Below, piece by piece: positions 58,580 to 64,000 of a stretch of 64,000 bases of DNA. The stretch spans positions 2,182 through 66,181 of the forward strand of contig JAFXXX010000007.1 in NCBI GenBank assembly GCA_017542065.1. Reading direction: 5' to 3'. The translations under genes were made by a program, and so were the position numbers. A model generated the notes under the pieces. The model was not told where the DNA came from, made no database searches, and saw nothing but the letters and a program-made list of their open reading frames with translations. The stretch is from Bacilli bacterium. GTDB lineage: Bacteria; Bacillota_I; Bacilli_A; RF39; UBA660. Position 1 is the first letter of the stretch. Each line of letters begins with the position of its first letter.

Positions 58580-60700
58580 ATGGATAATGACGCTAAAAAT
58601 ATATCTGTAGAGAATGACGCCATAGAAATGCCTTTTACTGAAGATACTGGTGATGTATTTGAAGATGCAAAACCAGAAACAGATCCTATTGAAATGCCTT
58701 TTGAAGAAATTACTACAGAAGAAGAAAAACCTACTATCGAAGAAAAGATTGAGGTTCCTAGTGAACCAGTTGTTGAGACTCCTATTGAGACTCCAATTGT
58801 TGAAACTCCAGCTGTTGAAACACCTGTTGAACCTGAGGTGGTAGAACCTGTAGTTGAAGAAACTCCAGTAGTTCCAACAGAAGAAGTAAAAGAAGCTCCT
58901 GTAACAGGACCTATAATAGATGAAAGAATAATTAATAATCCTATTTATAATAAAAAAGTATCTGATAGTCAGGTAGAAGATAGAGTAGGACCTGGTCTAT
59001 CATTATCAGAAAATAGTAATATGATCATTGATGACAGAATTAAAAACAATCCTGCTTATCAAAATGTATCATTTGATAATTCTGATGTTAAAGTTGATGC
59101 CATATCAAATAATAAAGATGTTATTCAAAAAGATAAGAAGAGCGTATTTGGTAAGAATGTATTCTCTTTAAAACATAAATCTATATTACTTCCAGTTATT
59201 GCATTCTTATTTGCAGTTGTACTTGGAATATATTTATTTATATCATCATCACAAGCTAAAACTGTTAATCTAATTAGAATTAGTGAAGCTAATAAAGTTG
59301 GTTATATGGATAGTGATGGTACTATAGTTGTTAAATCTAAATATTTATCTGGAACAGAGTTCTATAATGGATTTGCTATAGTTAAAAATGATAATAATTT
59401 ATACTGTGTATTAAATGGTAAAGGTGCTTTTGAGGTTCCTTGTGGAAACTATACATATATTGGTTTATATGATGGAAAATATATAGCATCTAAAATAACT
59501 AATGGTGGATTAAAACAAGCTTTACTTAATAAAGATTTAGATAATATAACTAAATTTAAATATGATAATATTTCATATATTAATAATGGTATATTTACAT
59601 TTAGAAGAGATGCTACTGTTGGAGTATTAAATAGTGCAGGTAAAGAAATATATAAATTTGAATTAGATGAAGTAGATGATAAGAATATTATCTTAGAAGT
59701 ATCTGATTCTAAATCTAAAAATAAATATGCAAGAATTAAAGTTAATGATTCAACAACTATTGTTAATATAGATACTGGTAAAGAAGTATATAAGTATACT
59801 TTAAATGAAGTAAGTGTTTTAGATAATAATATATTCTCTATTAAAGATCCTGAAAAAGAAAATAATACTTATATTTATATTGAAGATGATGAAGTTAAAT
59901 TTAGTACAAATCAATATAAAGTTATAAGAATAGATGATTATAATTCTAATATTGCATTATGTATTAAGAATAACTCTAAGGTAGATTATATTAACTTAAC
60001 TAATAGCAATATTATTAATAATAATGATAATAATGAATACTATTATAATGATGGAATTGTGTTAGAAAAAACACATGACTTTAACTTAAATACAGATGTA
60101 TATAATATTATTGATTATACTGGTAAGATTGGATCATTTTCTTCAATTAATCCTGTGGATAAATTATTCTATAACGGAATGCTTAAAGTTATAGTTTATG
60201 AAGATAAATATAACTATATAAATACTAAGGGTAAAACTATTAGTAATAAGTCATATGATGTTGCTGATAATTTTGAAGAAAATGGATATGCAGTAGTTGC
60301 AAATAATGAAAAATATGGTATTCTAGATACTAAAGCAAATGAAATAGTTTCACTTAGTTATGCTGGTATTGAACAATTAGATAAAGATCTATATAAAACT
60401 TTAAAAGAAAAATATGATTTAGAGTTATTTGTATTCAAAGCAGATAATAACAAGTTAGGATTTATAACTAATAAGAATAAGGAATATATACCTGCTACTT
60501 ATAACTCATATGAAATGGTTGATAATGATTATCCATTTGTTAAAGTTTATTATGGTTCAGAACCTGTATTATTAAACTTAGTTAATAAAAAAGAGATTAA
60601 TATAGATAATGATAGTAATATTCAAATTAAAGATAATTATGTAATTGTAAATAATAAATACTATAACTATAATGGTAAACTTATTTATTCTGCTAAATAG
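58580..60700 (+). CDS. Membrane-anchored surface protein with an (E-T-P-V/I)-rich repeat region and a WG/KWG-like beta-propeller repeat domain
   Basis: Acidic N-terminus. Repeated ETPIETPIVETPAVETPVEPEVVEP. TM helix (ILLPVIAFLFAVVLGIYLFI). Repeated Y..G.A.V....G...I/V.....Y modules reminiscent of WG-containing repeats. Confidence 0.55.
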   Translation: MDNDAKNISVENDAIEMPFTEDTGDVFEDAKPETDPIEMPFEEITTEEEKPTIEEKIEVPSEPVVETPIETPIVETPAVETPVEPEVVEPVVEETPVVPTEEVKEAPVTGPIIDERIINNPIYNKKVSDSQVEDRVGPGLSLSENSNMIIDDRIKNNPAYQNVSFDNSDVKVDAISNNKDVIQKDKKSVFGKNVFSLKHKSILLPVIAFLFAVVLGIYLFISSSQAKTVNLIRISEANKVGYMDSDGTIVVKSKYLSGTEFYNGFAIVKNDNNLYCVLNGKGAFEVPCGNYTYIGLYDGKYIASKITNGGLKQALLNKDLDNITKFKYDNISYINNGIFTFRRDATVGVLNSAGKEIYKFELDEVDDKNIILEVSDSKSKNKYARIKVNDSTTIVNIDTGKEVYKYTLNEVSVLDNNIFSIKDPEKENNTYIYIEDDEVKFSTNQYKVIRIDDYNSNIALCIKNNSKVDYINLTNSNIINNNDNNEYYYNDGIVLEKTHDFNLNTDVYNIIDYTGKIGSFSSINPVDKLFYNGMLKVIVYEDKYNYINTKGKTISNKSYDVADNFEENGYAVVANNEKYGILDTKANEIVSLSYAGIEQLDKDLYKTLKEKYDLELFVFKADNNKLGFITNKNKEYIPATYNSYEMVDNDYPFVKVYYGSEPVLLNLVNKKEINIDNDSNIQIKDNYVIVNNKYYNYNGKLIYSAK

Positions 60701-60711
60701 AGGGTGGTTTC

Positions 60712-61518
60712 ATGAAAAAGAAATTTATATATTGGGCTATATTAGTAGTACTTATATTTGTGCTAGCATATTTCATTTTTTCATCAAGTTTATTTGATAA
60801 TTTAAGAAATAAAGCTTCTTTATCAGATATAGAGGCTACAACTGTTCTTGATGATGTAAAAACATATGTAACAAATAATATAAATAATTATGATGATGGA
60901 ACTATTATATTTACTAAGAATGATTTATTAGTAAATTCTATTATTAAAGAAGATAGTAATCTAGATGATACTTCTAGAGTATTTGTTACTGTTAATGGTA
61001 GTATGGTAACAGATGCATATATTAAAAACAGAAGTATTAATAATTATTTAATGAATGAAGTAAGTTCAAGTAGTTTTGTTTCAAAAGATAATAGTTATTA
61101 TTACGTAGGGGATAATGCAGATAACTACATTATGTTTAATAATAGCCTATATAGAATAATGAAAGTAAATAGTGATGGTAATCTATTAATAATAAATAAT
61201 GATAAAGAAGATGTTGTTAATAAGAATAAGGTTGATACTTATATTCAAATATTTAAGAATAGAAAGTATTATTCATATATTAAGAATGTCACTTTATTAA
61301 ATATTAGTGATTACAATAATACTATATTAAATAACAAAACATATCTTGAATCTAATTATAAGTATTTTGTTAATACATCTAATGGATATGAAGTAGTTAA
61401 TGCATTAACTGGAAATGATGATGAAGCTGCATTAAAACTAGTTATTGAAATAGATAAAGATGCTTCATATGAAAAAGGTGTAGGAACAATTGTAGATCCA
61501 ATTATAATAAGCGAATAA
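60712..61518 (+). CDS. Hypothetical membrane-anchored protein, 268 aa
   Basis: N-terminal TM helix. Asn/Ser/Tyr-rich extracellular part. Terminator aagcgaa-taat-ttcgctt at 61509-61538. Confidence 0.5.
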   Translation: MKKKFIYWAILVVLIFVLAYFIFSSSLFDNLRNKASLSDIEATTVLDDVKTYVTNNINNYDDGTIIFTKNDLLVNSIIKEDSNLDDTSRVFVTVNGSMVTDAYIKNRSINNYLMNEVSSSSFVSKDNSYYYVGDNADNYIMFNNSLYRIMKVNSDGNLLIINNDKEDVVNKNKVDTYIQIFKNRKYYSYIKNVTLLNISDYNNTILNNKTYLESNYKYFVNTSNGYEVVNALTGNDDEAALKLVIEIDKDASYEKGVGTIVDPIIISE

Positions 61519-61559
61519 TTTCGCTTATTTTTATTTTTGAAAAAAAGTGAAAAAAACGC

Positions 61560-61588
61560 TTGAAATAAAGGAAAAGTAGTGATAAAAT
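61560..61588 (+). promoter_or_regulatory. S10 operon promoter. The leader of about 140 nt runs 61590-61730.
   Basis: TTGAAA, 17-nt spacer, TAAAAT. Long structured-looking leader before AAAGGAGG-ATG. Confidence 0.45.
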
Positions 61589-61730
61589 GAATTATGTGTG
61601 ACTGGCTATGATGTGCAAGGTTGCTGATACACCGGGTTAAGTTGTTAATTAGTAATAAAGCAAATTGACCATTTATCAGGTTTTTGCATTGAGCAAGTCT
61701 ATACAAGATATAGGCGAAAGGAGGCTATTT

Positions 61731-62033
61731 ATGGCAAACAAGATCCAAATCAATCTTAAAGCTTACGAACATAGAGTTATCGATAAAGCTGCTGCAAAGA
61801 TTGTAGAAACTGTTAAAAGAACAGGTGGAGAAGTAAGTGGACCAATTCCACTACCAACTAAGATTGAAAAAGTAACAATCTTAAGAGCTGTTCATAAATA
61901 CAAAGATTCTCGTGAACAATTTGAAATGAGAACTCACAAAAGATTAATTGTCATCAATAACCCAAGTAAAGACACAATCGAGGCACTAACTCGTTTGGAT
62001 TTACCAAGTGGTGTTGAGATAAGTATTAAATAA
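61731..62033 (+). CDS. rpsJ: 30S ribosomal protein S10. The ORF track begins at an upstream artefactual start, 61665.
   Basis: [18 protein letters not shown]..., 100 aa. AAGGAGG is 7 nt upstream. Confidence 0.95.
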   Translation: MANKIQINLKAYEHRVIDKAAAKIVETVKRTGGEVSGPIPLPTKIEKVTILRAVHKYKDSREQFEMRTHKRLIVINNPSKDTIEALTRLDLPSGVEISIK

Positions 62034-62061
62034 TTCATTTAAAAATTTATAGGAGGAAAAA

Positions 62062-62880
62062 ATGAGAAAAGGAATCTTAGGTCGTAAGATCGGGATGACT
62101 CAAGTATTTGCTAAAAATGGTAAATTAATTCCAGTTACAGTAATCTCAGTTGAACCAAATTATGTTTCACAAATTAAAACTGTTGAAACTGATGGTTATA
62201 ACGCTGTTCAACTTGCTTACTGTGATGCTAAAGAAAAAAATACATCTAAAGCTGAACTTGGTCATCTAAAGAAAGCAAATGTTTCACCTAAGCGCTTCAT
62301 TAAAGAAATCAGAAATGCTGATGTTAGCGCATACACATTAGGTGGAGAAGTTAAAGCTGACATCTTTACTGTTGGAGAAATGGTAGACGTTTCTGGTATG
62401 AGTAAAGGTAAAGGCTTCCAAGGTGTTATTAAACGCCACAATCAAAGTAGAGGTCCTATGGGACATGGTTCACAATACCACAGAGGTGTTGGATCACTAG
62501 GTACTATGAGACCAATGCGTGTTTTAAAAGGTAAGAAATTACCAGGACATATGGGTTATAAATTAATTACAGTTCAAAACTTAGAAGTAATTGAAATTGA
62601 TTTAGACAAAAATATTATACTTGTTAAAGGTAATGTTCCAGGTCCTAAAAAGTCATTAGTTATTATTAAATCATCTATTAAGCATGAAGGACAAGTTAAC
62701 GAAATGGATGAACTTGTTACTTATGCAGAAGCTACTGTAGAAGAAACTCCAGTTGAAGAAACTGCTTCTGAAGAAGTTACAACTGAAGAAACTCCTGTAG
62801 AAGAAGCTCCAGCTGAAGCTACAGAAGAAGCTGCTGAAGAACCAGCTGCTGAAACTACAGAAGAATCATCACAAGAATAA
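62062..62880 (+). CDS. rplC: 50S ribosomal protein L3 with an unusual acidic C-terminal extension of about 55 aa
   Basis: Canonical L3 up to ...[20 protein letters not shown]. It then continues with [48 protein letters not shown]. Confidence 0.9.
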   Translation: MRKGILGRKIGMTQVFAKNGKLIPVTVISVEPNYVSQIKTVETDGYNAVQLAYCDAKEKNTSKAELGHLKKANVSPKRFIKEIRNADVSAYTLGGEVKADIFTVGEMVDVSGMSKGKGFQGVIKRHNQSRGPMGHGSQYHRGVGSLGTMRPMRVLKGKKLPGHMGYKLITVQNLEVIEIDLDKNIILVKGNVPGPKKSLVIIKSSIKHEGQVNEMDELVTYAEATVEETPVEETASEEVTTEETPVEEAPAEATEEAAEEPAAETTEESSQE

Positions 62881-62929
62881 TAGTTAATTAATTTGATAAT
62901 AATGAATGTGATGAAAGGAGGAAATTAAT

Positions 62930-63553
62930 ATGCCTAAGGTAGCACTTTTAAGTTTAAAAGGTGAAAAAGTAAAAGATATAAAACTAAATGACGAAATATT
63001 TGGTATTGAACCAAATAATCAAGTAATGTATGATGCTGTTGTTAGAAAAGGTGCATCATTAAGACAAGGAACACATGCTGTTAAAGACAGAAGTGAAGTT
63101 AGTGGTGGAGGAATCAAACCATGGAGACAAAAAGGAACTGGTAGAGCTAGACAAGGTTCTATTAGAGCTCCACATTGGTATCATGGTGGTGTAGTATTCG
63201 GACCAACTACTGAAAGAAATTATGAAAAGAAACAAAATAGAAAAGAAAGTAGATTAGCTTTAAGATCAGCTTTATCTTATAAATTAAGTAATAAAGCTAT
63301 TACAGTTGTAGAAAAATTTGATGTTAAAGATTCTAAAACTAAAGGATTTATTAAACTACTTAATACTCTTAAGTTAGAAGGTAAAACTTTAGTAGTAGTT
63401 AAAGAATTAACTGATGAATTAATTCTTGCATCTCGTAATTTAAAAGATATTAAAGTTATTGAATCTCATGAAATCAACACTTATGACGTACTTAACTATA
63501 AAAATATAGTTATTACTGAAGAAGCCGTTAAAATGCTTGAGGAGGTACTATAA
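62930..63553 (+). CDS. rplD: 50S ribosomal protein L4
   Basis: 207 aa, canonical L4. Confidence 0.95.
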   Translation: MPKVALLSLKGEKVKDIKLNDEIFGIEPNNQVMYDAVVRKGASLRQGTHAVKDRSEVSGGGIKPWRQKGTGRARQGSIRAPHWYHGGVVFGPTTERNYEKKQNRKESRLALRSALSYKLSNKAITVVEKFDVKDSKTKGFIKLLNTLKLEGKTLVVVKELTDELILASRNLKDIKVIESHEINTYDVLNYKNIVITEEAVKMLEEVL

Positions 63554-63834
63554 TGATAGGAGATTATAGAGATATTATATTAGCTCCAGTTATTACTGAA
63601 AAAGCTGCTATGATAGCAGAAGCTGGAAATAAAGTAGTTTTCAAAGTTAAACCTAGTGCAAACAAGGTTCAAATTAGACAAGCTATTGAAAAAATATATA
63701 ATGTAAAAGTTACAAATGTAAATACAGTTAACGTTAAACCAAAATCAAAGAGAGTTGGACGTTATACAGGAAAGACTTCAGCTTATAAAAAAGCAATTAT
63801 TACTTTAGCTGAAGGTTCAAAAATTGAATTATAG
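63553..63834 (+). CDS. rplW: 50S ribosomal protein L23
   Basis: 93 aa, canonical L23. The start overlaps the rplD stop. Confidence 0.95.
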   Translation: MIGDYRDIILAPVITEKAAMIAEAGNKVVFKVKPSANKVQIRQAIEKIYNVKVTNVNTVNVKPKSKRVGRYTGKTSAYKKAIITLAEGSKIEL

Positions 63835-63847
63835 GAGGTTTTAGGAT

Positions 63848-64000
63848 ATGGCTATTAAACATTTTAGACCAGTAACACCTGGACAAAGAAAGAAAAGCAC
63901 ATTAGTAAACACAGAGCTAACTAAAACTGCTCCTGAAAAAAGTTTACTAAAAGTAGCTAAGAAAAATGCTGGTAGAAATAATACTGGTAAAATAACTGTT
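63848..64000 (+). CDS. rplB: 50S ribosomal protein L2, N-terminal fragment (continues beyond the window)
   Basis: MAIKHFRPVTPGQRKKSTLVNTELTK... is the L2 N-terminus. GGAGG lies upstream. Confidence 0.9.
   Translation, partial: MAIKHFRPVTPGQRKKSTLVNTELTKTAPEKSLLKVAKKNAGRNNTGKITV

Noticed and set aside
61665-61730. Upstream extension of rpsJ in the ORF track
   Set aside because: The canonical S10 N-terminus MANKIQI starts at 61731, directly behind AAGGAGG. The extension runs through the leader.
1-64000. Alternative genetic code (TGA read as Trp, Mycoplasma-like) for this AT-rich genome
   Set aside because: Long conserved genes (addA, infB, nrdD, ftsK) are intact with TGA treated as stop, and Trp is encoded by TGG. 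Standard code 11 applies.
1-64000. CRISPR arrays, insertion sequences, integrases or prophage genes
   Set aside because: No regularly spaced direct repeats were seen. No transposase, integrase or phage-like ORFs were seen. The only repeats are short palindromic terminators, the two T-box modules and the hexanucleotide microsatellite.

Overview
This is a 64-kb window of very AT-rich (about 27-28% GC) chromosomal DNA from a low-GC Firmicute. Gene order is Bacillus-like, which points to Bacilli or Erysipelotrichia (this is a family-level inference from synteny only). The standard genetic code applies: TGA is a stop. The window is mostly core genome. It carries two tRNA clusters (Leu-Ser-fMet-Asp-Phe, and Cys-Gly) plus a single tRNA-Ala. 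It carries an IscR-like Rrf2 regulator followed by sufCBD. It carries a divergent Crp/Fnr regulator next to nrdDG. It carries the rimP-nusA-ylxR-infB-rbfA operon, a UvrD-like helicase, dagK and addBA. It carries two T-box leaders controlling gltX and tyrS, then murE, rubrerythrin, scpAB and trmB. It carries rpsD divergent from ezrA, a hybrid histidine kinase, rnj and ftsK. It ends with the start of the S10 ribosomal operon (rpsJ-rplC-rplD-rplW-rplB'). No CRISPR array, transposase, integrase or prophage gene was seen. The least-explained elements are listed here. (1) At the left edge sits the C-terminal SPASM domain of a radical-SAM enzyme, immediately followed by an unannotated 55-aa Cys-rich peptide with a CTCSNCNCNCNC core that is encoded on a TGYAAT hexanucleotide repeat. 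This is a candidate RiPP locus cut by the window edge. (2) On the minus strand, an operon runs CPBP protease, metallophosphoesterase, MFS transporter, then three tandem small hydrophobic peptide genes (54, 31 and 41 aa) that are absent from the ORF track, then a 116-aa membrane protein. Each peptide gene has a near-consensus Shine-Dalgarno site and overlapping stop/start signals. (3) A MurJ/Wzx-type (MOP) flippase gene is interrupted by a single in-frame TAA. (4) A membrane-anchored PTS-EIIB-like domain has its catalytic Cys replaced by Asn. (5) RimP is reduced to its N-terminal domain. (6) Ribosomal protein L3 carries a roughly 55-aa acidic C-terminal tail. (7) Several proteins have no recognisable domain, including a 404-aa protein with an HExxH motif.
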